A stretch of 64,000 bases of DNA from Antedon mediterranea (lineage: Eukaryota; Animalia; Echinodermata): positions 14,588,871-14,652,870 of the forward strand of contig NC_092676.1 in NCBI RefSeq assembly GCF_964355755.1, read 5' to 3'. Under the pieces are notes generated by a model, which saw only the letters and a list, made by a program, of their open reading frames with translations, did not search any database and was not told the DNA's origin. The translations under genes and the position numbers were made by a program. Of the stretch, positions 1-12,171 are shown in pieces. Position 1 is the first letter of the stretch. Each line of letters begins with the position of its first letter.

Positions 1-1
1 G

Positions 2-3000
2 AAAGAAAGGGCGGCAGAGTGTAAATTCCCAAAGGAATTTCAAGAAGAAGCAGTTAGAGACAAATTAACATTTTCGTGTACTAACGACAGCTACAAGCTG
101 AAATTATACGACGAGGGTGCAAAGTTATCCTTGACTAAAACTACTAGAATCCTTGCACTGAAAGAGGCAACTAGTCAAGAACTCCAGAAGTCTAAAACCG
201 CAACCATTGACCAAGTCCGACCTAAAACAAAGCCGAGACCAGCAACGCAGGGGCAAACCAAGAAACAATACTCACACAACAAGGCAGCCCGCCCACAAAC
301 GAATGAGGGGAAATGTCAGAAATGTGGATATTGTGGAAAGTCTCACCCATATGGAAAACAGAACTGTCCAGCAAAATCAGCAACTTGTAATGCATGCGGA
401 AAAACTGGTCACTATAAGGTAGTGTGTAGATCAACTGCAAGCCGATCAAGCAGAGTCAACCAAGTCGATGACGAACACCCTTTCCTGATAAGTGGTGTTA
501 GTGTCCAACAAGTTAACAGGTCACAGTTGAAAGACGCACACAAACAACCTGGATGGCACATCAAACTCAGAGCAGCCGATCAAGAACTGTCATGGTGTAT
601 TGATACCGGTGCACAAGTTTCAGTGATGCCAAATATAGTGTATCAAAACCGATTCGGAGAAATGTTCCCAACCGACAAGACGCTAGTGGGTACAGGCGAT
701 ACACCACTGAAAACACGAGGATTTGTGGACATGAAGCTGAAACAACAACATGGAAACAACTCGGAGATAGAAGAAAGAGTATATATAGTCGAGAACGCAA
801 CAACACTACTGCTAGGAGTTCCAGCAATTCGCAACCTTGGACTGATCCATGAGATACCAGGAACCTATAGTGTGAAAGCAGTTGACGTCAATTCTCCAAT
901 TACAAAGGAGAAAATAAAGGAAGAATACCCAGGACTATTCAGAGGCCTTGGTAAATTAGACGGTGAATACACCATCAAACTGAAAGAAGATACCAAACCA
1001 TTTTGCCTTACAACACCAAGAAGAATTGCCCTACCACTGCTTGAAAAGACAAAGGCAGAGTTAGAGAGGATGGTGCAACTTGAAGTTATCGAACCAATCG
1101 ATGAACCAACCGACTGGTGCGCACCTATAGTTGTGGTGCCGAAGCAAAATGGAGATGTACGAATTTGTGTTGACTTAACGAAGCTGAATCAGTCAGTACG
1201 AAGAGAACTATATCATATGCCAAAGGTAGAAGAGACACTTGGTAAGGTGGCGAATGGAACAGTGTTCTCAAAACTCGATGCAAACTCAGGGTTTCACCAG
1301 GTGAAGCTGAGCCTAGAAAGCACAAAATTAACTACCTTCATTACACCTTTTGGGAGGTATGTGTTTAAACGTCTTCCTTATGGGATATCGTCAGCACCGG
1401 AGTACTTCCAAAAGCAGATGGACCGAGAGCTGAGAGGTCTAGAAGGTGTTGTATGTCATATGGACGACATTCTGATCACTGGCAGCAATCAGACAGAGCA
1501 CGACAATAGGCTCAATGCAGTACTGAAGAGATTAGACAAAAGTGGTCTAACTCTAAATAGTGCGAAATGCAAATTCTCTCAGACGAAACTGGATTACTTG
1601 GGCCAGATAATCGATGGTGAAGGATTGAGAAAAGACCCAAAGAAAATCGAAGCAATTATGAAAATGCAACCACCCACCAATGTCACAGAACTCAGACAGT
1701 TCCTAGGAATGGTAAACCAACAGATGAAATTCGTTCCTAACCTGGCAGAGACCACCAAACCATTACGGGATCTCATGAAGAAGGAAAATGAATGGGTTTG
1801 GGACCAAGCTCAACAAGAAACATTCGTCAAGATACAGAATGAACTAAGCTCAGACAGAGTACTGAAACTCTACAGCACCACAAAAGAAACCGTTATATCA
1901 GCCGATGCGAGCAGTTTTGGACTAGGTGCTGTGCTTCTACAGAAACAAGAAAATGGCGAGCTGAGACCAGTAGCCTATGCAAGTAGATCCATGACGGCAA
2001 CGGAACGCAGATATGCACAGATCGAAAAAGAAGCACTTGCCACCACATGGTCACTTGAACATTGGGCCGATCTGTTAGTGGGACTCAAGTTTAGAGTCCA
2101 AACCGACCACAAACCACTGGTTCCACTTTTCTCTACCAAGAACATTGACGAACTCCCTATACGAGTTCAGAGATTCCGAATGCGTCTGATGAGGTTTAAC
2201 TTTGATATAAACCATGTGCCCGGGAAGCTATTATACACAGCCGATGCACTGTCAAGATCGCCGAGGCACAAAGAAAGACGTGCAAACGAAGAGATCGACC
2301 GTGAAGAAAAGTTAAGGAATGAGGTAGAATGTTTCGTAAACAGCGTGATGGTGACTCTACCAGCATCAGACAAGAGACTGGAGGAGATAAGGTCAGAACT
2401 GCGAAAAGATGACACTCTAAAAATGGTGATGTACCATGTTCAAGAAGGATGGAACGAGAAATCAGAGGCATCCGGCTATCTGCACAGCTACTGGAAAGAA
2501 AGAGGTAGCCTTTCTGTACATGAAGGCCTCCTCCTAAAGAGCAAACGTCTAGTAATCCCTCCAAAACTCAGAACAGATATTCTACGTTGTCTACATGACA
2601 GTCACCAAGGAATTACAAAGATGAGAGCAAATGCAATGTCTTCAGTATGGTGGCCAGGGATATCAAGAGACATAGAGAAAGTTGGGAGGAACTGCGAGAT
2701 GTGCGCAAGATACAGGAGAAGTCAAGCAGAACCAATGCGAGGAACAGAGTTCCCAAACCGACCATGGTCTAGAGTTGGTACCGACTTTTTCCATTACAAG
2801 GGACGTAACTATCTACTTGCTGTAGATTATTACTCAAGAGACATTGAGGTCTGCATTGTCACAAAGAATGTAGATACGAAAGAAACTGTTGCCAAATTGA
2901 AGAAAATATTCAGTCGTCAAGGCATACCAGACGTCCTGTTCTCAGACAATGGACCACAATACAGCTCTGACGAATTCAAAGCATTTGCACAGAGCTGGAG

Positions 3001-3691
3001 ATTTGAACATGTAACATCATCCCCTCATTTCCCACAGTCAAACGGCGAGGCGGAACGAGCAGTACAAACCATCAAATCCTTCATGAACAAGTGTGACGAT
3101 GAGTATTTGGCAATGCTACAGTACCGTAACACACCACTTCAAAATGGGTATTCACCAACACAGTTGAATATGAGTCGGAGACTAAAGACAAGAGTGCCAT
3201 GTCACCCAGAAGAGCTCCGACCAAAACTACCAGACCAGACTGACCTTAGACAGAAAGAGGAGAGATATAGACGTGAAATGAAGAGAAACTTTGACAACCA
3301 TCACAGAGCTGCAGATGCGGAACAACTAAGTCCGGGTGACAAAGTATATATACCGGACTTGAAACGTCACGGAACAATCACGGGATACCACAAGGCACCC
3401 AGGTCCGTGTACATCGATACGGATGGAAAAACAGTGAGAAGAAATCGTGCAATGACACGGAAGCTCACTAACAACGATGTGATGATGCAAGAACAACCAA
3501 AGGAGAGAGATGGTGAGGTGAAGGAAAACCAAACTCCAACCAATCACGATCACTCCAGCGATGCGGGAACGCCAACTGAAGCGGACATCCGCAACAACCC
3601 GAAGCCACCGGAAGCATCAACACCATCAAATACCAGACCACAACGGAACCGGCGAAGACCACGTTATTTGGATGAATATGTAACATCCTAA
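2..3691 (+). CDS. Ty3/Gypsy (Mag/K02A2.6-like) gag-pol polyprotein, 5'-truncated by the window edge
   Basis: Frame is open from base 2 (KERAAECKFP..VRDKL) through ORF 131..3691. Motifs in order: Zn knuckles (CGYCGKSH..C, CNACGKTGHYKVVC), protease DTGA, RT (RICVDLTKLN, LPYG, HMDD), RNase H (DASS, EKE, TDH), integrase HHCC and D-D-E (DFF, SDNG, NGEAER). PR-RT-RH-IN order indicates Gypsy. Confidence 0.96.
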   Translation, partial: KERAAECKFPKEFQEEAVRDKLTFSCTNDSYKLKLYDEGAKLSLTKTTRILALKEATSQELQKSKTATIDQVRPKTKPRPATQGQTKKQYSHNKAARPQTNEGKCQKCGYCGKSHPYGKQNCPAKSATCNACGKTGHYKVVCRSTASRSSRVNQVDDEHPFLISGVSVQQVNRSQLKDAHKQPGWHIKLRAADQELSWCIDTGAQVSVMPNIVYQNRFGEMFPTDKTLVGTGDTPLKTRGFVDMKLKQQHGNNSEIEERVYIVENATTLLLGVPAIRNLGLIHEIPGTYSVKAVDVNSPITKEKIKEEYPGLFRGLGKLDGEYTIKLKEDTKPFCLTTPRRIALPLLEKTKAELERMVQLEVIEPIDEPTDWCAPIVVVPKQNGDVRICVDLTKLNQSVRRELYHMPKVEETLGKVANGTVFSKLDANSGFHQVKLSLESTKLTTFITPFGRYVFKRLPYGISSAPEYFQKQMDRELRGLEGVVCHMDDILITGSNQTEHDNRLNAVLKRLDKSGLTLNSAKCKFSQTKLDYLGQIIDGEGLRKDPKKIEAIMKMQPPTNVTELRQFLGMVNQQMKFVPNLAETTKPLRDLMKKENEWVWDQAQQETFVKIQNELSSDRVLKLYSTTKETVISADASSFGLGAVLLQKQENGELRPVAYASRSMTATERRYAQIEKEALATTWSLEHWADLLVGLKFRVQTDHKPLVPLFSTKNIDELPIRVQRFRMRLMRFNFDINHVPGKLLYTADALSRSPRHKERRANEEIDREEKLRNEVECFVNSVMVTLPASDKRLEEIRSELRKDDTLKMVMYHVQEGWNEKSEASGYLHSYWKERGSLSVHEGLLLKSKRLVIPPKLRTDILRCLHDSHQGITKMRANAMSSVWWPGISRDIEKVGRNCEMCARYRRSQAEPMRGTEFPNRPWSRVGTDFFHYKGRNYLLAVDYYSRDIEVCIVTKNVDTKETVAKLKKIFSRQGIPDVLFSDNGPQYSSDEFKAFAQSWRFEHVTSSPHFPQSNGEAERAVQTIKSFMNKCDDEYLAMLQYRNTPLQNGYSPTQLNMSRRLKTRVPCHPEELRPKLPDQTDLRQKEERYRREMKRNFDNHHRAADAEQLSPGDKVYIPDLKRHGTITGYHKAPRSVYIDTDGKTVRRNRAMTRKLTNNDVMMQEQPKERDGEVKENQTPTNHDHSSDAGTPTEADIRNNPKPPEASTPSNTRPQRNRRRPRYLDEYVTS

Positions 3692-3912
3692 TTTCATATA
3701 ATGAACACTGATCTATAATCACTCACCAAAAATAAAAACACTGAACACTGGTTGATAATGAACAATATCGGACCTTTATTGAAACACAGATGGAAATTCA
3801 ATGATTGACATGATCTTACTCTAAATGTTAATTTGTGTTTAAAGTTAAAGTTTAGTTGCTGCGCGACTTAAAATTATAAAGCTGATTAATCAATCTCTAA
3901 GAAAAAGGGAGA

Positions 3913-4075
3913 TGTGGTAGTATGCAATATCGATCTAGCGCCACCTAGCGGGGATCGAGAGAGGGTTTTAACATGGACGCGAGTCACGATAGTTGATATG
4001 TTGAATAAATGTTATTTGGATTGTGTTTAACGGTAGTCCTATGTACGTCTGTTTGAGTACAGTGTAGCGACAACA
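3913..4075 (+). repeat. Putative short 3' LTR (~163 bp)
   Basis: Starts TGTGGT immediately after the PPT, ends ACAACA, and contains AATAAA near 4005. The 5' LTR is outside the window, so the right edge is inferred. Confidence 0.7.
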
Positions 4076-4092
4076 AACGAAACATAATAATA

Positions 4093-6624
4093 ATAAGTCG
4101 AATTCGCGTAAGTTGAAAAATCGCGAAAGTCGAATTTTTAGGAAAGTCCCAATTCTTTCCTATACATTACTGTGTAATTTTGATTTGTAAGTCGAATTTT
4201 TCTAAGTTGAAATTCGTCTAAGTCGACGTCTTTTTGCGGTCCAAATACACACATTCTTTAGTGATTTATATCGTATAAGTCGAAGTCACAAATTACGCGG
4301 CAACAACGCGCTAAAAAAGCCGATGAAACGTACGTAATTCGTTAAACAAACGACAGAGGGGATAATGTGGGACCATATCGGTTCTCTCAAGCAGGTTGTA
4401 TAGTATAGGCGGCGTCCTACAACTCGCGCTAGTGTATAGTGTATGAGTTGTTTCAGAGTTGAGAACTTGAGCGGCGTTTTGTGGGTACCTATTTTGTGTT
4501 AGACAGATGGCAATAAACAATGGATACCGATTTTGAATAAGAACCGAAATGTATTTATTATACGTTTTTGTATAGTTTCGGGCTTAAACCATAAAAGAAA
4601 AAACATTGCCGATAAAGAGGCTTAGCATTTATTAGGCCTAGTAGCTACAGTACTGACTACATATCATATACCAAGCCCACACATTTTACACGGGTGTGAA
4701 AAACGCGTGACTCGCGTGTAATTAGGTACTAACAATACTGTCCATATTCACTCATGCATTACTGCATTGAGTAATTCAACTGCAGCGAACTGTATTTATA
4801 ATTTGTTGATGTTTTGTTCATATATATTATTATCATCAAACAGACAATAACTGGAATTACAGTACAGGATAACACTAACAGCATTTTATATAACAAAATA
4901 TAGGCCTATTTGAAATAAAAAATCGATTTATTTATCATAGTGCAATCATGGAGGTAAAAACCTCCATGAACCATGATGCAATCTGTGATTGAAAATACTA
5001 GGCCTAGTTAGTATAGTAGGCCTACTACCGGGAGTACAGTAGTACTACTATTCTAGGCCTAGTTTGCTTTCAGGGTTTGTTTATATATATTTTTAAGTCA
5101 TATTTATTAAGTATTTGAGAAAACTCATTAAAAAAAACAAGGTAGAAAAGACCCAACAATATCTTTCAACGATCGTTGCTGGTGGCCGAATGACGTACTT
5201 TCTGTACGCACCACGTTGTAGAGTTCATCCATTGAGTACACACAGTTGCTCTAGGCCAAATAATAACATAAAGGTTTTACCATTCCCCGTCGGGGAGGAA
5301 AACATTTATATAGTATTACAACGCCAGTATTGACATGCATGTATTTAGCGCGGTAACTAATGTACACCCCTGTTACGGACTGGACCATTAATCGCTCCAC
5401 GAAACCACGTTGGAGCGATTCTCCTCCGCACACAGCCAGAGCGAGAGAGAAGCGAGGTCGAATAAATACAAGTTTTTACCATTTCCCGTCCAGGGGAAAT
5501 CAGTTCTCTTATAATTACAGCCCCGATACCGTGCGCATATGTTTACGTTGATATTATTTAATTGCACACCTCATTTTGGACTGTACCATTTTCGGAACCT
5601 TGTTTTGTTTTCATTATAAACATGGGCTGATGTCAGACAAATATCTGCTTTAAACGTCAATTTAGCAACTTATTAAGTCGTTTCATAAGCAGAGAATGTA
5701 TAAAGCAAGTATACAATGCAGACATGTTAGATAGAAATATACTAAAAGACATGTAATAAACGTGTTAGAAGAACGTAATAATTGTACTTTCTACACCGAG
5801 CGGCGGAAAACCCATTCACAGTCACAGTTATTTGAGCGAATACTGTACTTGGCCTAAAACACTAGCGCTGTATTTTAATTTAAATATTTGGCTTACGGTT
5901 ACGAAAATACAAGGAAACATCATTTTATAATTTTACTATTATTAGGCTATTTATTGACCTATTAAAGATCGCTAAATATGTTTTTTTTTTGTGGGGGGCT
6001 TAGGTACAGTAGCTCTCTATTCTAGCCTCCCTGTTGTACACTTCTCACTGTACGCATCACATTATATAAAATAATACGACGTGAACTCTAAACAAAACCC
6101 CGATGAAAAACAATTTACATGAATTCTATAAACTTTCTTATTTATTGTTTGCCTAAACAATAGAGAAAAAATAAACTTCGTTACATACAGTAACGGGCGG
6201 GTTCAGATTACATAAATATGATGGTAGGCCTAAACAATAGAAACAAAACAAACTGATGTTGTCGCGGGCCGTCGTACCGGGAGTTCCATATTTTACCAGT
6301 AAAAAGCTACAAAGTGATGACGTCATGGTCCACACGGCAAATACAGGCACGCGGCAATTACACATATTTTACACGCGCGACAAACGCGGGTTATGGTACA
6401 TGATTTGTAGTCAGTACTGTAGCTAGCTAAGCAAACTCAATTCAAGAAGGCTCATCGCGTGGGCCGCGATCGCGACAGGGCAGGGTCCACTAGGCCTAGT
6501 CATAGCGCGGCTAGTGAGTGAACCTATGCCTAGCATTTTTTTTTTGCAAATCTGTAAGTCGAAGTTCGCGTAACTCGAATTTTTATACCGGTCCCATTAG
6601 ATTCGACTTAGGCGGAGTCGACTG
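4093..6624. mobile_element. pogo/Tigger-type non-autonomous DNA element, left TIR missing or degraded
   Basis: Right end TTCGACTTAGGCGGAGTCGACTG followed by TA. Repeated TAAGTCGA subterminal motifs at 4093-4285 and 6555-6610. Confidence 0.55.
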
Positions 6625-8262
6625 TAGTAAAATATTTACGGTCCAGACCGAATATAGTGTCCATATTGATAGTATGAACCAATAATTAACCTATCTACAG
6701 GATTTCGTAAAAAAATCCATCTCCAGCCGTGTTTGGCAGTCTAGCTTTGTGTTTTCAAGCAGTCAAAGTGTTAAGGATTTTTTAAATATATTTTTAATCT
6801 ATGTTTATTAAATATTTGAATAGAAAATGCGAGTGAAAAAGGAGGCACACAAGCTGGCGAGCCGAAATCCGTGCACTAAAATTAACTTTGGAAAACTCCT
6901 ACCTATTTTCAAAACACGATTGCACGGCAGCCATAATAAGCGGTGGAGTAATTTTTGTTACATGTTATCAGGCTTTAAATGTGTTGATATGTAACTTGGT
7001 TATTATTATGTATATCCGCCTCAAATGTCAATATTTCCGATACAAATTAAATTTTTGAGTCTTTCTTGCTAATTTAGTATTGAATTAAAGCTAATTTATA
7101 TTTCTGTTTGTTAAACCATATTGTTTTATTTGACTCTGTGTGGCTGTCGAGCAAAGAGCCAAACAAGACTAACCACTCAAAAAAATAATCCCTACCGAAT
7201 ATAAAAGTGTTTACCATTTTGCTTGTAGGGGGGTTCATTCTCAGCTTATTACTAAATTACCGTCGCCCAGGCAATGTGCATGGTATGCATGTTTTAGTGT
7301 GTAAAATTTTGATTGGATAACCCCGCAGTGGACTGGTCCATTTTCGGAACTAGTATTCCCTGCACATGAGGCATGGCAAAAAATGTCACTTCTCCACCAG
7401 TTTTAAGCGCAAGGCATTGGAATGTTGATCATGTTGACTTTTAACGCTATGGATTACCATAAGGGCAAAATTTGGTAAATTGTGCGTTTTATACAAATGT
7501 ATTGATTTGCGATGACTGGAACATTCCAATCTTTCAGTCTCTCCCAGTATAATTATTTGGTTTAACACAAGTAGGTACATTTATTGGCCCTTGGGTGATA
7601 AACTTAACCCCTTTAGAAAATACTATTGCAATACTTTGACAAAACTGTAAATACCTATTAGCCATTTTTTGTTACCATTTGAATCGCAAATGTCTTACTG
7701 TGAGTGTGGGTACTTTTAGATATATAAACACATAATATACAAATAAACTTTATTACTGACAGTTGCTTCTCAACGTTTGTATTAATTCATAATTACAAAA
7801 AATATAAACGTTGAAGTGGTACTATTTCAATCGGAATATGACAGTCACAGTTTTAACAAAGTATTAAATTGCAAATGTATAGTGGTATATTATTTATAGG
7901 CCTAAAAAACATGAAAACATATTTCATTACTGAGTGGATAAAGAATATATTTAAAAAGTTGTTCCTCTTTGTACCCATCCTCTTCCCCATTCCTTAACAC
8001 TAATGTTATATACAAAATGCAAATTGGGTTTGTTTAAATAAAAAAAGACGCATTTTGTGTCACAAATTTCTCTTTCGGAAGTAATTCCAGGGTGCTAATT
8101 TTAGTTGACTACCTAAATCATTGTGTCTATTTATTCGTTTCTGTAAACGACAATGTCCTGCGGTACGTACATTTAAAAAAACATTTTTTTTTACGGTGAA
8201 ATTACTGTGTATCTATTTATTCATAATACATACATTTCTTAAGACAAAAAAGGACCTGGTTT

Positions 8263-8601
8263 AATATATATATATATATATATATATAAACACAAGAGGC
8301 AAAGAACATTAATTCTAAACCGCCCGGTGATATACTGAAATTTAATTAATTAATTTGAAACGATAAAGATGAGGAAATCTGTGAGAATGAGAAAAAGTCG
8401 CCCCAACCGAGACTCGAACTCGGACCGTCTGCTTGATATGAAATTGCCCTAACCATTAGACCACTGGGGCTTTCATGGTATTGTTCGAACTCGATTGGAT
8501 AGCGACTCTTTAACATTCTCGGCGTGGTACGGCATAAACACATCAGGCAAAGAACATTAATTCTAACCCGCCTGGTGATATACTGAAATTTAATTAATTA
8601 A
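8263..8601. mobile_element. (TA)n-associated modular repeat with ~65-bp direct repeats around a tRNA-like core
   Basis: 8288-8352 repeats at 8537-8601. The core and its adjacent module recur at 26669-26820 and 28428-28545. Confidence 0.6.
8399..8470 (-). pseudogene. tRNA-like cloverleaf (ATC at the anticodon position) inside a dispersed repeat
   Basis: Minus strand: acceptor stem GCCCCAG/TTGGGGC, D-arm/A box TGGTCTAATGG, T-arm CCGAG-TTCGAGT-CTCGG, then TTTTT. The anticodon stem is mismatched in this copy. Confidence 0.65.
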
Positions 8602-9401
8602 ATATATGCATTATTTTTACAAAATGTCAACAAATTGAACAGAATGAGGCTTTCAACTAAAAGAAATATTTAAGACAGAACGGTAAACTGTAAAGTACAT
8701 GTCATGGTTCAGTTTTAGGATCCGTTATTGATTTATTGATTAGGTTAGCTTCAACACACAGATTTGAGCAAGTGCGGCCTCCTCGATAGATTTAGAAATG
8801 ATAGAATACACTGTGTTGGTTGCCACAAATTATTTTCTTTACCTATATTCTTTCAATCATACTGTATATGTAAATGAAATGCCCATACTACAAACATTAT
8901 AACGGGAAAAACGCCTGGTATGCAAATTAGATTTACATTGCAACGCATGCCACCAACTGATTTGAATATAGCGCCAAAGCGGAAAAAGCTTTTGATCTGC
9001 TACATACATAATGTTCACAAAAATATTGTGATGTATAATATAAAAGTACATACACATTATAAATGAAATGTCTGATGAGGAAATCCCCCAAAAAACTTGT
9101 CAGGGTAGAATTTTTTCTATGTGAAAAAAATCCATGTGCTTAACCGGAAACAAATATTTCATTCATGTCATACGTGTATTCCACAAAGAATGGAGTTGCA
9201 AAGTGTATACACCTGAATAATAAATAAAATACTACTTGATTTACTGATTTAAGTTTTTGTTTTATGGACTTAAATGTTTGAATAAGCATGCTGCCATATG
9301 AGCCATATCTAGGCTGATGCTAGAGAATCATTTCCTTTCTCCAAAATAGTGAATTTACATTATTTCTTAACAATTTATTTAAACCATTTGCTTTTACACA
9401 G

Positions 9402-9697
9402 ATCGTGCTGGATTAAAAGATGCAAGACAAATTGAATTACAACAGGAGAAGTTTATAGAATGTTTACGACGCGAAGTTACAAGACGGGAGATGAAAACCA
9501 ATCATACATTTCCTCGTCTTCTTATGAAAATGACAACATTGAGATCTATTTCAGCATTACAGACAGAGAAAATGATATGTTTCCGTTTAGGAAGTCCTTT
9601 GGTAGAGATTCCATCCCTATTGGCTGAGTTAAATGATGTCACTCAAGAAGAGTTGCCTCTTAATGCTGGCATACATAATAACACTTCATTAATGTAA
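9402..9697 (+). CDS. Terminal coding exon of an NR1-subfamily nuclear receptor (LBD helices 9-12 plus a short F domain)
   Basis: Acceptor ttttacacag, phase 1. Translation (D)RAGLKDARQIELQQEKFIECLRREVTRREMKTNHTFPRLLMKMTTLRSISALQTEKMICFRLGSPLVEIPSLLAELNDV...*. Compare RAR FPKMLMKITDLRSIS and LXR FPRMLMKLVSLR...PPLLSEIWDV. Confidence 0.88.
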
Positions 9698-10836
9698 GTT
9701 GATCATTTGTTTACATTTTCGTCTTTTTGTATCACCGACAAAATTCATTCAATACAGTACTGCCGACATTTGACATTTCCATGCACGCAACTTTGCAGTT
9801 TTTATCGTGTTTCTACTTGGGTGATAGAGTACTTGAGTGGTGAGCCTGAATACAGACCACTCAAGGCGCAGTTCATTCCGGCCAGCTATAGAGTGACTAT
9901 TAAGTCATCAACCCAACTCAGTATAGAACAGAGAGAACCCAGTCCGATTCCCTTGACCTATCATTAAACTATCACTCACCGGTCTTCCATCCAAGAAGGC
10001 AATTAGCCATGTCTCCTGCAGCGGTGACTTTTTATTAATTGGAAATACAAGATATGATATTCCCTACATTTTTTTTGAGGTCACAAACTACATTTAATTT
10101 AAAAATAAATACTACTATATGGTCATATTGCGATAATCTTTTTTGCCTTAAAATGATTAAAAAATGGTTCTAATAATTTAAGCAGTAGCTATAAATATAT
10201 TTTTCTTTTTCACCCACTTTTGATCGATCATTAAGGCCACCAAACAAATGGAAGAATCACTAGTTATGAACTAATCACTTTGACAAGTTCGAGTTATCCG
10301 CGCAAACGCCACATGCACATCCACAATACATGTTCAGAGTGCAAGGAGGAGGTGAGGTTAGGCAGAGAGAGGGGTCGACGGCCATGCCCTCCTGAAGAAA
10401 CATGTTTTGAATTCTTATAAATATGGATTATACTAAAAATAAAAGCTTCAGAAATCGAAACTCAGAAAAAAAAAATTTATATTCTACTACATCATGTGAT
10501 TGGCTTGATTTTTACCGTGGTTAAAACTGTGTGTATGAATAGTTGTAGGCTTGCTGCTGTTAGGGTTTTTACCTGTTATATGGCTTCACATGCTTTTTTT
10601 GATAGCATTTTTTAAAACTAAACGAAACATTCAACACAGAACGGTAAACTGTAAACACTAAACATCATACCTTATTATTTATATGGATCATAAATACACG
10701 TAATAAATGAAATACAAAAAGATGTAGACAGTCCTACTACTACTACTACGCTACTATCTACCCAGGCGCTCCACCGGAAACAACAATATTTTGACAATAG
10801 TTTTTAACTTTTCAACTAAAAGGCATGCAAATGGTG

Positions 10837-10901
10837 TAAATCAACGTGTTCGTATGACATCATTTTAATTTAAAATGATGTCATACGAACACGTTGATTT
10901 A
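10837..10901. repeat. Perfect 31-bp inverted repeat with a 3-nt loop
   Basis: taaatcaacgtgttcgtatgacatcatttta-att-taaaatgatgtcatacgaacacgttgattta. Confidence 0.95.
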
Positions 10902-11009
10902 GAATGATTTTTAATTTAAAATGATGTCAATCAACAAAGTTATGAAATGTTATGTTAACACATTTTAGAGATACACGAGACACAAAAATTGAGAAAAAAA
11001 AGAAACAGG

Positions 11010-11175
11010 ACAGATACAAGGAGTTATCCGCTACTAAGCAGATAACTAATAATATAAAAGAGAAACAGAACAGTTACAAGGAGTTATTTCATTGATCAAT
11101 TGCGGATAAAGTCTAATAAGATAGGGGGGAAAAAAGATCCTGACAATAACAAGGGGTTATCCGCCAAGTGTGGGT
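11010..11175 (+). mobile_element. Cluster of Helentron-associated (HINE-like) termini
   Basis: Three ACAAGG(A/G)GTTAT...GATAA stem-loop motifs. AAGATCCTGACAAT recurs near 41860 and 50612. Confidence 0.5.
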
Positions 11176-12171
11176 ATGATTGAATTTTACCATATGATCC
11201 GTAACTGCTGATTTATGTTGTGCACCCTTGTGTGAGCATCTGGTCCACCACCACCCTTATTTTGGTCTGTTGCATCTGTTTTTAAAGTTCTTTGAATGTA
11301 TGGATCTTCCTGTTATATATTTTGAGGCAATCATCTACTACGTATACTTTTTGGCTTACATAAAAAAATTTCCACGTATATATTGACAGAAGCCAGATGG
11401 AATTTGACATTCATAAAATATTATTTCACATAATGTTATTACTTTTTTTATATATAGACGGACCAGATTGCAAAAACGTCCACATGACATAAGTGAGCAA
11501 TTGCCATTGACAAAAATCATAAAGACCGGTGGACTTTTTCAGCCACCAACAAGTATTTCAGGCACACGTACAACACCAGTGGAGCTGACCCAATCAATTC
11601 AATAAGAAAATATTCCAGTATTGAAAACAGAAAAGGATGTTGATGATTGTGTATTCAATTGTGAACAATTGGTCCTAGGGTATAGTTGAAGAATATTAAT
11701 AATAATAATAATATAATAATAATTAATAATAATTAATAATAATGATGATAAATCTTGATAATATAAATATTGGTAATCTTGAATCACGCAAATCATACTT
11801 AAAGTATCTTTAAAATGAATTTTGCTTTAATGAGATTACAATTACTGCATTAATCAAAATGTTGATTTGTATATATTGCATTGGATTTTTTGAAAGAATA
11901 GAAAGTGTGCCTTTCTTAAATAGTACAACCTTTGCTGTTACATGATATGCATATAGCCCAGGTCAGGGTGTGATGCTTTGCAATGGATGTGTTGCATGAT
12001 TTAAGATTTAGATGTTATCACTTTGTAAATCTGCAGTTAAGAGGCCACCATTATGGGTTTATCTTAGTAGATATTTTACTCACAAATTGAACTTTATTTT
12101 CATATGTGAATGAATCAGGATTTGTGTGTTCTTTACTGTCGGTTTGGGCAATTATTCAATAAGATTTAATA

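Larger units (their letters stand above)
1..4075 (+). mobile_element. Gypsy LTR retrotransposon, 3' portion
   Basis: Intact pol, followed by a purine tract (AAGAAAAAGGGAGA, 3899-3912) and a putative LTR. Confidence 0.92.

Noticed and set aside
207-3722. Small overlapping or antisense ORFs within the Gypsy pol, and the many 60-100 aa ORFs elsewhere in the track
   Set aside because: They show no recognisable motifs and are expected by chance. The few with real coding content are accounted for as exons or transposon relics.
8399-8470. Functional tRNA-Asp gene
   Set aside because: The anticodon stem is mispaired, position 32 is A, the anticodon is atypical, and it sits in a dispersed repeat. 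It is kept as tRNA-like only.
9073-9092. CTGATGAGGAAA as a hammerhead core
   Set aside because: There is no stem II, stem III or cleavage triplet.
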